Translations under genes and position numbers: made by a program
The notes under the pieces: generated by a model
Told to the model about the DNA's origin: nothing
The model's database searches: none
Seen by the model: only the letters and a program-made list of their open reading frames with translations
Assembly: GCF_009914755.1 (NCBI RefSeq)
Contig: NC_060930.1
Direction: 5' to 3' (one strand)
Source of the DNA: the human T2T-CHM13v2.0 reference genome, Homo sapiens
DNA: 64,000 nucleotides
Shown here: in pieces, positions 23,626 through 36,928 of the stretch
Position numbering within the stretch: position 1 is the stretch's first letter
Layout of the letters: each line of letters opens with the position of its first letter

Positions 23626-26600
23626 ACAGTGGGCCTGTTGAGGGGTGGGAGGCAAGGGGAGGGAGCATTAGGAGAAATACCTAATGTAGATGATGGGTTG
23701 ATGGGTGGAGCAAACCACCATGTCACATGTATACCTATGTAACAACCCTGCACCTTCTGCACATGTATCCCAGAGCTTAAAGTATAATAAAAAAAAAACA
23801 TGATATAAGTTATGGCTTGAATAAATTAAAGAAAAATAGATATTCATGTGTACAAATGAGAAATATCTGAAGCACTGCCCTTCTAAATGTACATAGTCTG
23901 CATGGCTCTATAAATCAGGCCAAAGGAACTCAGCACTTGGAGACATATTTTTTCAGCATTTTACACAGAATAAACATTTCTGGGAGGCCTAGATCACTAC
24001 ACCTGTGCTTGAATAACTTTATTCAAAACAAAAGTATATATATATAATGCATCTTGGGGATGGACAGGAGAGGTCAAGACAAGCAGCCAAAACTTTTTGA
24101 CAATTTTAATGAACAGATTCAAATATCGTTGGGTGCTGAGAGGCTGAAAATAATGAAAAATGTATAAGTTTCTCACAAATGGCTTTGGGATTTATCAAGG
24201 TGACCTGGAAACTCCTATGCAAATAGCCTTAGCTTAGTGTTAAGGTGAAAGCTGCCATGTATTTATGGATATTAACTATATGTCCGGATCTGGACCACAT
24301 GCTCCGGGGATGCTATGTAGAAGATAATGACAAGCTTTTAATTTTTGAAAATGACCCATTCATTCACATAAACCTGCAAGATGTTATGCAATCTGCTATA
24401 TTGTGACATATCTGCATATATGTCAGAAATAAAGTTAAAAAAACTACTGAGAGAAATAAAATACAAAGTATTTTAATAAAATACAATACAAAATAAATAC
24501 AAAATAAAATACAAAGTATTTTATTTCTTTATAAAGCAATTTCTAATAAGTAAAATGCAATTTTCTAATAAGTAAAATGCAATACTCTGTGGGATATAGG
24601 TTTTAGAGCTGATCTGAAAGTTTAATGTGATGAGATCTATTCAAGTGCTTTTTTTAAAATGAGGAGGCCCTGCAAACACAAGGTCACAGCAATGGAGGCA
24701 ATAGCACATTTCTCTTAATCCTGTGTCCTTGATAATGCTTTTAACATCTCTAACCCTTTTAATTCGTATTTTATATTTCTAACCTTTTGTTGCTATCCTA
24801 GGTCTGCTATAAGTTAAATGGAGAAAGGAGGATATAAGAAATAGGGAAGATAAAAAGGGAAAAGCAATGCTAACAGAGAGACTCTGAAAATGTGGATATG
24901 AGGGCATTTAGCAGAAGGCAGTAGTGGTTTTAGAAAAGTGACATGGGTAGTGACTTCTCTAAACACATCCTTTAGCTGTGTGTCCACAGAACTGTGGTCT
25001 GACAAAAGACAGTCAATGGCTTAGAAGGTCCCAAAGATATGAGGAAGTCTTTGGAATTTCATTAGATCACATCTTACCAGAGGTTGCCTTTCCCAAGCAA
25101 CCATTAGACCCAGACTCAGCCAGAAGATGCTCATTGACAGGTTGCTCTGCCCTTGGCATCATAAACAGAGACTGAAACTCAGTAATAGGAGAAAATGGGG
25201 GCAGGACAAAACATACATGGTCATCAGGCCAATAAACTTTCCTAAAGCAAACTAAAACATATTATTTGCAATACTCAGCATGTGTTAAAATGCACAGGAC
25301 TATTAATCCAAGCACTCAGAGCTGTCACAAGAGTGCTTTAATTACACCAGTGTCTGACAGGCTAGTTTCATTGATTCCCAAGACCTCTCTTATTTCCTAA
25401 ACAACAGGGCTTCTAAAATTAATAGTTGGCTGAAAAAAAATCAAAATAAAATTTTGATGTAAGGTATGACAGAAACTCTGTAAGAGCCACTCTTGCAAAG
25501 TCACACGATAGTTCCTCAGAAAGGAGTGGGAGGATATATTTTTCTTTGGGTCCTTATGAGTGAATGATAAACCACACAAATTCGGTCTTCTGCTAGTCTC
25601 ATTTTGCTTCCCTCTTTGGAGCTGTATTCCCCTAGACTGCTGTTTGTAACTCAAGACAATCTCTTATTTTTTTTTGTATGTTAAAAACCTCCCAAAGGTT
25701 CAGGTCAGATTTAGGGGGTAGGAAGATTCCATGATGCTAAGGTTGCCACTCATGCCATGCTCCTCAAAATAAATTATATTTCTAAAGTATCTCATATTCT
25801 GTTTTACTGTTTTTCTTCAGAGACCTGTCTCCAAATTACCAGAGTATTTTTAGAAATTCAACCAAAAACACTTAAATGTCACAATATTCTGCTAATTAGA
25901 GGTCATGTGTTAATTAGTCATGTGTTAGTAGCATCCATTTTTGTCATGTTCATTTCCCTTCTTCTCCCTGTCAGCGAACATCATCAATCCACTTTTTATC
26001 TAAGCTCATGCTTTATATTTTGAAACATTTCATAACAAAGGCCCACCAGCAACTTCATTAACCACTGAAATATTAATAAACCATTTGATTCTATCTGATA
26101 TGGACAGTCCCTTTAGTTTGGTTATTTTTGTTGAGGATTTTGAACAAACGTCAAATCACTCTACATTCAGTATTTTGACAGTAAGTTCACACGAATATTC
26201 TCAGTTGGAAAAGGCACATGTGAAAACCCAGTATGGAACTCCAGCCTGGTCTTGTCCCACAATGGTCACAAGGCATCTCAAACTCATTCTTATTTTCTCC
26301 TTAGAAAAACTGACACAAGAATTCACAGATGTCCATTGTCCTATTATGTCTCAGGAGTGAAGTTCCAGCAGCACTGGGATGCATGTAGGAGGGTGAAGGT
26401 AGAGCCAAGGGGAGGCAGAGTATCCCAGGGCCTTCAGTATCTAACCAGAGCAGCCCATGGAGCCACAGCCAGAGTCCAGAGCAGTGAACCAGATACTGCA
26501 ATGAACGTCACCCAAATCTGAGCAGAATAAGAGCCTTGGAAGAGTTCAGAAGAAAAATCCAAGATTCAAGGTATCATGAAGACAAAGATAGAACTGATAT

Positions 26601-29600
26601 GCCTTTGAGACATTCAAGAGTATATTACATAGCTGGGCCTATGCAATGGATGAAGTCTAAGAAGAGAAGTCTGAGCTGAAAGTATAAACAAATAGGACCT
26701 CTCTGCACGTGGATCCTATCTGAAGCAATGGGTATAGTTGAGAAAGTTAGAAGGAAGTGTCTGCAACAAGGAAATAATGTAGGGCTGAGCCCCCTCTCTT
26801 ATATACACTGGCACACGTTTGCACTTGGCTGATTCAAAGAACACTGAATGCCCATGGCACACCAAATGCTGCCTTCTGTATGAAACACCAGCCAGTGGTT
26901 AATCACAGAACATAAAACATCAACTTCTCCTCCTTGAAAATGAGCCTTCTGCCTCCCCTTGTTCCTTATGTCTGTTTTAATGAGATTGTTTATTATCTTT
27001 TGACTTACGTTTTGAGACTTTTCATCACAGGTTTATTGAAGAGTGAGCATCACAGTATGCTTTCTGTGTTGTCCTTTGTAGTGACAGCATCTGGCAGCAT
27101 GACCTGGCTCACCAGGATTCCCAAGAAAAAGATTCCAAATAGATATCCCCACTATAACTAGAAAATGGTCGGGTTTCTAATCTTTGCAGAATAGAACAAG
27201 AGAAACAAAAGCTGAAAAAGTTGAACAACTCACTGATTTTTTTTAAAAAAAGAAAGTTTGTTCAATTGTACAACTGTACAGTTGTACAATTTACAGCTAC
27301 TGGAGCATTTTCAAGATCAGTGCCAAGAATTATGAGGGAGAATGTATGGTTATAAGCTAAAAGAGGGTGTCTAAGGGTAAACCAAAGCCAAATGTTAGGG
27401 TGCGCACCCAAAAGCCTGAGAGGGAAAGATGGTCAGTGGGTCTAAAGTATTCAGCGAAGGCCTCCTAGAAGTGTGGTTTAGACTGCACTTTGAAAAATAT
27501 GTGTAAGTGCAAAAATAATGGAGACTGTTTTAAATGAAAGGAATTGCATGAGATAGGAACGACCACAATATTTGTGACTGAGTTACAAAACAAAACAAAA
27601 CAACCCACCCCTATTCTAATAGAAGTGATCTGAATTAATAAATAGGGGTTAAGTTCTCCATAGATTAGAGCAGATTTAACTTCTTTAAATACAAAAAGTG
27701 TCAAAGGAAAATAAAAAATGTCAATGACAAGCAAATTTCATTTTTTTCTTACAGATGGCAGATATATCCTTGGACATATCTCAGTATTTATTCAAAATAT
27801 TTACATACAAATAGAGCTCATACAACTATCAGGCACCCGAGGAAAGGGTACTCCACCAGACTGCAGTGGAAAACACCAAATCCTTACCCCTGGCAGCCCC
27901 CAGAAAGTTCTATCCAGAATAAAGAGACAACCTAACTCTCAGGAACTTACTCAGGTGTCAGCTGGAGAGGAGAGGAGCTTTTTTTTTTATCAAAAGTAAA
28001 CAGGTCTGAGAATATTGTAGATAATGGAAAATTTAGATGTTCAGAAATAAGCCACAAATAGCTTCCATTGTTTCTCTATAAGAAGTAAAAGGCATGCCAG
28101 GATTTGGTAGAAAGCATGCTACACAAAACCATTCCATCTAAAGAAGATGATAAGTCTTCTAGTCAGAAGAAAAGGAGTCAATAACTGTGCTTCATGTCAC
28201 TCTAATGATTTTTTTATTTCCTTTTTTTTATTTACAGCTTGAATATGTGAGACTCAGATGGTAGAGACTCTACTAGATCTCATATTTTGATCTTTCTTTG
28301 CATTTATTTTAAAAATGGAAAGCTCCCAGTTGTTATAACTCCCTGGATTTTGTAATTTAAATGACAAACACTGAAAATAAGGACTTCCTAAGTCTAGACC
28401 GCCGTCATAGTTATTTAATTGAGCTTTTTCTCATGCTTTGTAAGCTATACTATTACACTTAGCAAAAACCTTAGTAGCATAATTACAATGCTATAAAAGA
28501 TTTTCTGTCTTTTTTTCTAAACATCCTCATCTGGTACATTTCAAGATACATCAGTAAATCACATAACCTGATGACTACTAGGGCTTTTGCCATATTTCAG
28601 AAAATTTGAAAAAAATATGCATGATTTTTAGAATACACTACTTTGATTTTTCTAATGCTTAAAGGCAATATCTCTAAAATCTTTGAAGATGTTGAAATTA
28701 TTTTGTAAAATCAGTTTTGAGATAATTGTGAATTACACATAGATATTATATTACACATAATACATATATAATGAAGAACAACTAAAATTATAACCGTCAT
28801 TTTCTGATACAAAACAAAAAGATTTACCAAATTCAAAATTTATATCTGGCTCTTTGTATACAAAACTACAACCAAAAAATGCTCTACTGAAATATCACCA
28901 GATAATTACTTTTTATATTTTATTTTTATGTTTCTAAAAAGTAAACTCTCTTAAGGTTTCTTCTCTCCTTCTAACAGATATGTTGTCAACAATTTTAAGC
29001 TGCTTTTTGTTGTTATTGTTTAATCTCTTAAAAAGTATCTTCTCTCAAAATCTAACCGCTAAATTTGTCTTCTGTGTACCACCTATCACATCCTTCTCCC
29101 TTCAATACCAAACACAAAATAGAGAGAATCTTTCCCAAGTATCCACTCATCTTCTTACTCTTCTACACACATATTTTAGACTCAATTATCTTTTAACTTC
29201 CTCAAATGTAAGAGAACCTGCAAAACTAATTATACCAGATATTTGTTTTCAATGCAAAATTATAAGATTCTCTGTTATATCTATCATAGTACCTCCTGAA
29301 CAAGTAACTTTTAATATTAATAGTTCAAAGAAGCTATCACTGAAAATAACTGTATTAGTTACATAGCCACTAGCCATAATAAAAAGTATATGCAATGATA
29401 AAATATTTTAACTTTTTACAGCATTAGATGAATTCACTAGAAATCAAGAACAAGTGGTTGAGATTGGTTTCCTAGAACAATAGAACTTGAGAGGGCTGAA
29501 AATATGATAATATTTAACAGACTGTTTTAATTCATGATAAAGGTCCCAAATTGTAATTTACAATCAAAACAGTTGGTGGCACCTTTGAAGCAATTTTTTG

Positions 29601-30480
29601 TTTCACTGTATCTATGCTGCCTTCAAATTGGTAGACAATTACATTAATATACAAAGCCTTCATAATTACATTGGTTTAGATAGAACTTTCTGACATTCAT
29701 ATGACTATATTTTAATATAAATTCTATTTATTATACACTGTGAGAGAAAAAAAAAACAAAATGAAACAAAATCAGAATTCGTCCCCAAATAATAGTATTT
29801 ATTACTCAGATATTTTGGCAAGAGTTTTAGCCTGATGAAAATTTTACTTTCTTCTAAAGGCAAATCAGGAGTGCCTTGGAAACAGCATTATTTACCCAGA
29901 CACAAGATCAGACTCAATGGAGTTGACACAGCAGTGTGGGAAGGGTTGAGGAGTCTATTAACAGCTTTTTAAATGTCTCCAATCCTCTTAGGTCCACTTT
30001 CCCATTAGGCTATTAAGATGGCTTAAGTTTCTTACCAAAGAGAGTTACTCTTTCAGTTAAAATATTACAAACTCAGTGTAATTCCTTTAAAGGACAAATG
30101 TCCTTGAAAAGTGCAACACATTGAGGTTTATTCACTATTAGCATCAAGACAGAAAGGGACTGAAATTTAGTTAGAATATAACCAGTGATTGATTATATAA
30201 ATAGACTTTGGTACAAGATTTTATAGTTTTTGTTGGTGCTGTTGAGGAATAATTAATATCACTACTTTTCTGAATGTGAATCCAAATGAGAGGTATATGC
30301 AAGGATCACACAGATGAAGAACAGACTTGATAAATTTGGATTGAGAATGCAGCTTTGACCAGCAGCCAAGTGTATTTCCAAATGCTTTACACCAGGATTT
30401 TACCTACCCACTCTCAATTGTTCTGGAAGTTAAAACTAGGAGGAGTAGAAGGGAATGTAAGTTTCCCTTAAACTGTGCAA

Positions 30481-31229
30481 TGTCAAAATAAACAAAGCCA
30501 GACACTAGTGAAAGTGATAAGGATAGATTTTAATCAGTAATATACTATTGCAGTTGGGAAGAGAGTCCAGTGTGAACTAAACTCAACTTGAATTTGTACA
30601 GAGGTGACGGGGCATTTTAGAGGGAGAATGAGAGAATAAGAGAAAGGAGGGGGATTAACAGGGGCTTGAGCAGTGACAGGGAAGTTAAGAAGTATAAAGT
30701 GTTGGTCAATGTAAATGCTAATTAGGCCAGCTGTATATTTTACCTGGCAGTTATTTTAAGTTATGATTCTGTCTCCTCCAACCACCACCACCACCAGACT
30801 GGGGGACAGAGGCTCTGTCCTTCCTGATGATTACATTTCTAAGAATGGCTTCCTGGTCCTTGAGGACTCCTGAGATGTAGGAGATATGTATATATCTTAA
30901 AGAACAGAAACATATTTGCAATTATAAGCACTTTTTAGAAAATGCTCTAAATAAAGGAGGTCGGGGCCTATCTCAGATGCTGGCTAGAACACAATAAATT
31001 GCTTTGACAGTCTTGAGCTTTCCCAGACAAAAACTGGATGGGTCTTCCCAGGGATTAAATCTTTGGTTGCCAGAAGGTATGTTACAGTTTCATCAAGTCT
31101 CTTAGTGCAGGATTTTGAAGAAAGTTTATGAACCAAGAGTTTGGCAGTTCTCAGTGGCCTACATACAAAAAAAGCTCCGAAAGGTCAAGGTTTGTGTATG
31201 CCCTGTTACTAAGAGTTACCTTGCCAACA
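30481..31229 (-). mobile_element. ERV1 solo LTR (MER67-like, tentative)
   Basis: tgtcaaaataaacaaagccagacactagt...gattttaatcagtaatatactattgca recalls the reverse 3' end of the MER67/MER4 group. Right boundary uncertain. Confidence 0.55.
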
Positions 31230-31309
31230 CAACCAGGAGGGCAAATGCTTCTGTTCTTTGGTGCTGCACAGGGCTACTAGGAGAGGAGTTGGAATGGATC
31301 CTCCCAAAG

Positions 31310-31510
31310 CAGTGGTTCTCAACCAGGAGATTTTGCCCGTGAGAGAATATTTGGCAATACCAAGAGACATTTTTGCTTGTCACATCTACAGGAAGGAGGT
31401 ACTGATAGTGGCATCTAGTAGGAAGATGTTAGGGATGCTGCTCAACATTCTATAATGCACAAGACAGCCTTCTACAACAAAGAATTATCCAACCTGAAAT
31501 GCAAGCCAGT
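31310..31510. mobile_element. MER20 (hAT-Charlie DNA transposon)
   Basis: cagtggttctcaacc..gattttgccc..tttggcaat..gacattttt..ggcatctagt..gggatgctgct.aacattcta..atgcacaagacagcc..acaacaaagaattatcca. Confidence 0.85.
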
Positions 31511-31519
31511 AGTGACAAA

Positions 31520-31983
31520 TGACAAAGACCCTTCGCTTGACCAAACTTTAGTCAGGTTCCTGAACCTTCTTCTAACCCCATCTGTACACTATGTACACTG
31601 CTCTGTAAAATCCAGTTTTGGCAAGGACACTGCTAAGTCATTTTAGCAAGAACCCTTCACCCTCAATATCTTATTCGTTCCTCATCCTCTATCAAACCGC
31701 CAGTGTCTGATCATCCTGACCTGTCTTCAGCAAAAATCCTGTTAGGTTGGTTTAGCCAAAATTCCCCTTCCCCTTGAGGTTTCCTCCAAGTAATTTTCTA
31801 TCCACTGACCCCCAGGCTACTCCTTGGCTATAAATTACCACCTGGCAATGCTGTATGCAGAGTTGAACCCAATCTAATGCCCTCACCACAAAATCCCACT
31901 GTCATCGTCCTTATACCAATCACAGTGGTCCTGAATAAGGTTTTTCTTACTTGAATAAGAATCACTGAATAATTTTTTTAACA
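31520..31983 (+). mobile_element. ERV1 solo LTR (MER31-like)
   Basis: Starts tgacaaagacccttcgcttgaccaaactttagtcagg, has tataaa, ends ttttttaaca. Confidence 0.75.
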
Positions 31984-32305
31984 ATAGATTAGGATTTTTT
32001 AAATCAGGAAAAAGCTATAATTTGTTTATATTCAATAGAAATGGAAAAGAACATGTGACTAATTTGTGGATCAATGTGAATTATATGCCATTGTTATTAC
32101 AAGTAGAGAACTGAGCTGGAATTGAGAAGACAAATAAGTAATAACAGTGTTCTAAATGAGTGGTGCTGTGGTAGACCAGGTCATAAAAAACAGCAAAATT
32201 AAGTCCCTGAGGACTCCTCAGTTTAATTGGGCAGAGAGACATATAAACAATTGACTATAATAAAATATGATGAGAGCTATATATCAATATAGTGGTGTAA
32301 TATGA

Positions 32306-32697
<392 letters not shown>

Positions 32698-35132
32698 TGA
32701 AAGAGGTAACTGGAGGATAGAAAAGCATAAACAAAGGCATGGGAATCCTACTTGAGAATGAGGTATATATATTCCTACAAAAGTAGCCTAACCTAAAAGG
32801 ATGAGGACAGAGAAGGTCTGAAGATATAGGGTGGGCCCTTTGCAATCTTCGAAGTTTGGACTCTAAGTGAGGAAGAAAGTTGACACCAGAGAAACACATT
32901 ATACAACCTGAACCAGCACAGTAAAGGAGAAAGAAGGAATATGATCAAGTGTGATTCACAAAGCAGAATGATGGAATTTGTGAAGCAACTGGTTACGGAA
33001 AAAGAAATTTGAAAAATCAAAGGTATCCCTGGAAATTTCTTGTTGAGTACCTGGTGGATGAATAGCAGTATAGTTAAAAGATTCTGATCTTAAAGGACGA
33101 GAAAGAGATTGAATAAATGAAGAAATGACATAGTATATAATAAATTATTTTGTGTACATGTTAATCAAGTACCTATGCACAAACATCCAGTAGTACTTCA
33201 ATATACAGATCTGAATTTTAAGAGAACACTAATGACTGAAAATGTTTATTTATTAAATATCTGTATGTTGGTGATTTATTGAGCATTTCTCAGCCAAGAA
33301 TTGGAACTCCTGTTTTAAAGTCTAGAAAGTATTGCCTAAAGGAGATTGCATTTAATGGGGACCTAAGACAAGTACACAGTTTTACAGTAAGCAATGCATA
33401 TGAAATGCATCATTAAGTACCAAGATGTACACAACACTGAGTGCATAGTCAGAGAAGATCAGAAGGAAAGAAAAATTGAGTAGTGTAAAAAGACTTTACA
33501 GAGCTGGTGGAAGTAGGTTAGGCCTGGAAGGCTGTGTAGAACTTAAATAAGCAGAGAAAAATAAAGGTATTCCACTCAAGGAAAAAAAAAAAAAAACACA
33601 GGCAACAGCACAGTTGAACATGATGTATTCTCTGGACAGTGGGGAGACCAGTGTTTTTTTTTTTTTTAAAAAAGGAAGTTTCATATTGAAGGCAGTGGAA
33701 AATTAAGTTGGCTAAGTGCAAAGAGGACAAAATCATAAAGAGATGACTATATACATACATATGTATGTGTGTATGTATATATATGTATATGTGTACATAG
33801 ATGTGCACAAACATACATATTTATTTTGTGCAGCAGAATAATAATAGAAGGGATTTAATTTTTCAAATGAGTAGATAATTAAATCAATGTTTAAGTAAGA
33901 TTTGCTGGGCAGTAGAATACAAAAAAAGAGAATTCAGTTTTTACTCTAAGTATAAACTAATGATAACTAATTTTCATTCCTTTCTTCACCATGTATTTAC
34001 TGAAGGATAAATATTTGTGTGCCATGCCATGTTCTTCACCTTGGGATACAGAAGTATACAACCCAGATCTCACATCCAACAGTTAGGAATCTAGCTGGGA
34101 GAGACAGGAAACAGGCCAGAGAGTTTCCTAGTGCCATGACAGATCAAGGAGCTGACTTTAGACTGAGAAAAGGGCGCTAGGAATAAAATGAAGGCACAAT
34201 AGATGACTACCAGTGGAAGAAAAAGAAAAAAATTTCTAACTTTATAAATGAACAAATACTTCCACCGTTGACAAAGAAGGAAAAGTGAGAAACCAGTCTG
34301 GTTCGAAATGAAAAATAAGTTCATCTTAGGACATATTTAATATGATGTGATAGCAACACAATTAATTCAGTGGAAAAAAAGATAAAAATAAGAAATAAGA
34401 AAAAAGCAATGGAAGAAAATTTTACCAGGACATATGCATGAGCTTCTGTGAGAAAAATGTAAAAACTTACCTTCAGTGAATAGATTCTCAGCTATAAAAT
34501 AAGCAAGCTAAGGTATTAAATAGATTTGAATTTGTACTATAGCATAACTATAGATAGCAAGTTATTAAAGCCCACAAATTATACTTAAGAATGAGCAAAT
34601 ATTGTCTGTTCTATATGACTCATTTTAAATCAACCAAATGATCACCTGCTAACAAGACAGAATAAACCTGAATCAACAATCTGTAGCAACAAACATACAA
34701 AAAAACCATTGTAATAGTGAATGGGTTTACCAGGGAGGTTTTATGATTAAACCAAAGCCAGATGTTGTGAAGCCTCCTTGTTTTCATGAGTTAAAAGAAG
34801 TAATTTTCTTCCAGTTAGCTGACTTCTTACTGTAAGGAAGGAGAACTTGAAAGTCAAGGAGAGTATTACTGTTAAGCCATATAAGATGTTCCTGCCCTCT
34901 AAAGGCTGGTGTTCCTTCCAATGCCTTTTTCTAACATCCAACACAAGGAAATGTTGGGCTCCATTCAGAGTTTTATAAATATTATCCAGTTCTCATGCTG
35001 AGGTTGACTGCTAAAATCTCCACAGTACCATCCTGGGTGATTACATAAGACGGGCTACATATTAGAGTTGCCTATTACAAGTGACTGAATAAACTAATAG
35101 CAAAACCATATCTATTTTCTTTACTACCAAAC

Positions 35133-35135
<3 letters not shown>

Positions 35136-35173
<38 letters not shown>
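35136..35173. repeat. (TG)n microsatellite
   Basis: About 18 uninterrupted TG units. Confidence 0.95.
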
Positions 35174-35176
<3 letters not shown>

Positions 35177-36928
35177 AGTTTGCACTTATTGCTCCATTCA
35201 TAATCTTCTGCTGCTAATCTTATCATAGTTTCCTGCATGACGAGCATCTTTCTATTAGCTATATGTCTGATGAATTTACTTTATAATTATTCCTGTTAGG
35301 ATTGGATTAACCTATAAGGTAACTAACCACCTATCTATAGAGTTTTGAGAAGTAATATTCTGGGCTTTTTTAAGTGAGAAAGATAGATAAGTAACACAAT
35401 GGGAGCATATAATAATCTGCTTCCTGGCTTCAGGTCACTTGCCTGATCTCCTCTTTGGAGGAAGAACAATACCATAGCCATATAGTGTTGTTGGAAGTCA
35501 ATGTCACTTTAAAAAACCTACATGTTGTCTATGAAGAAATTCAACAGCAAGGAAGCCAAATATTCTTCATAATTGGTAAATAGAAACAGAAAAAGAAGTC
35601 TACTATTAACCGTGTTAACATCTGCCAGAATTTTGTCCTGAAAGGTTGTCTCACTAGAGGCAAAACAGCTATTGCTATCAGCTTTCAGCTAATTAATTTA
35701 AGGAGACAACTTGCAGTTAGTCATACAAATTGCAACAGTGTGGGGATTTGGGTACATCTTCTAGATACTACCAAGAAAGCCTCCATTTCTTTACAATCTA
35801 AAACATGAAAAACATAAAATGTACATTTTAAATTATCAAAAGATATACAATGCTTAAAACACAATGGTACACAAAAATATCAATTCTTCTCATCTCTTAC
35901 AAATATATTTAACTAGTCAAAAAACTATTGTTTCCTCAAATTCACTTTAGCATTATCAGAGAAATATAACAATATCCAATGATCCATATTTATCATATTT
36001 TTAAAAACATCAACAAGTAGTTATTATATATCATTAGGCGGCAAGTTTTACCTTGAGTTGACGTTACAAAAATAATCTTCTAAAACAAGTCAAGAACGAC
36101 AATGGGTTTCAAATCTCATCTCAACTCAAATTGATTGGTAGTGGATTCTAGAACACTGTTTTTAAAAAGAATTTCCCTGTTGCTGCTGTGCTTAGTCAGC
36201 AATAGTGCCATAACTGATAAATGATGAGTACTGTGGGATGGGTGGGGCAATTACTGCTCTAATGTCATCAGTTCGACACACCAAGTTAAGGTAGTGGCTG
36301 ACAAGTTTAGTAATTAGAGCGGTGTAATGGTAACATGAATGAGCAGCGATTACCAACAAAATATCAAAGTTCTAGAAGATTGCTTCGTGACATGCACCCA
36401 CCTCTCTACTTCTGGCACAAAACTATATGTCATATGAAGCTTCTCAGAAACAGCTTAATGGGACAGTTTTACTCTGGTGGAAAGTTTGTGATGTTTATTG
36501 AGTACCTACCATGAATCAAGTATTCAGCTAGATACTGGAGACACACACACACACACCACACACACACATTCTAGCTTTCATAGTCAGTAGCTCACATACT
36601 GCTTCGTTCAGTGGGTTAGAAATATTTCCATAATTTTGGGGTGATGAGATTAGATCATGTGAGGTAAAAATTCAGAAAAAAAGCAATATGTAAACTAATT
36701 AGGAGTCTGAATACAGAGTATACTTCTACTCAACTCATCAATGTCCTTCAAATGGGAAGCCAGTGTCTATATCTAAAGATATGGGGTTACTAGTACAGAA
36801 GCAGACAGCATGGCACATCAGAGGAGGGGGTTTTATGTTGGGAAACAGCTGCCGCTGATTTCTTAAACCTTCAAAGAAACATGAACTAAACCATCCCATG
36901 ATATTAAGAATATGTCCAAGTTGCTCTG

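Larger units (their letters stand above)
17509..23798 (+). mobile_element. Full-length LINE-1, L1PA7-like, inactive
   Basis: 5'UTR with YY1 site CAAGATGGCCG, ORF1 and ORF2 remnants, 3'UTR gtagatgatgggttgatggg...cttaaagtataat plus poly(A). Imperfect TSD aataacatgacat/aaaaacatgatat. Confidence 0.95.

Noticed and set aside
17509-23798. Active full-length L1
   Set aside because: Both ORFs have many stops and frameshifts, and the subfamily is old.
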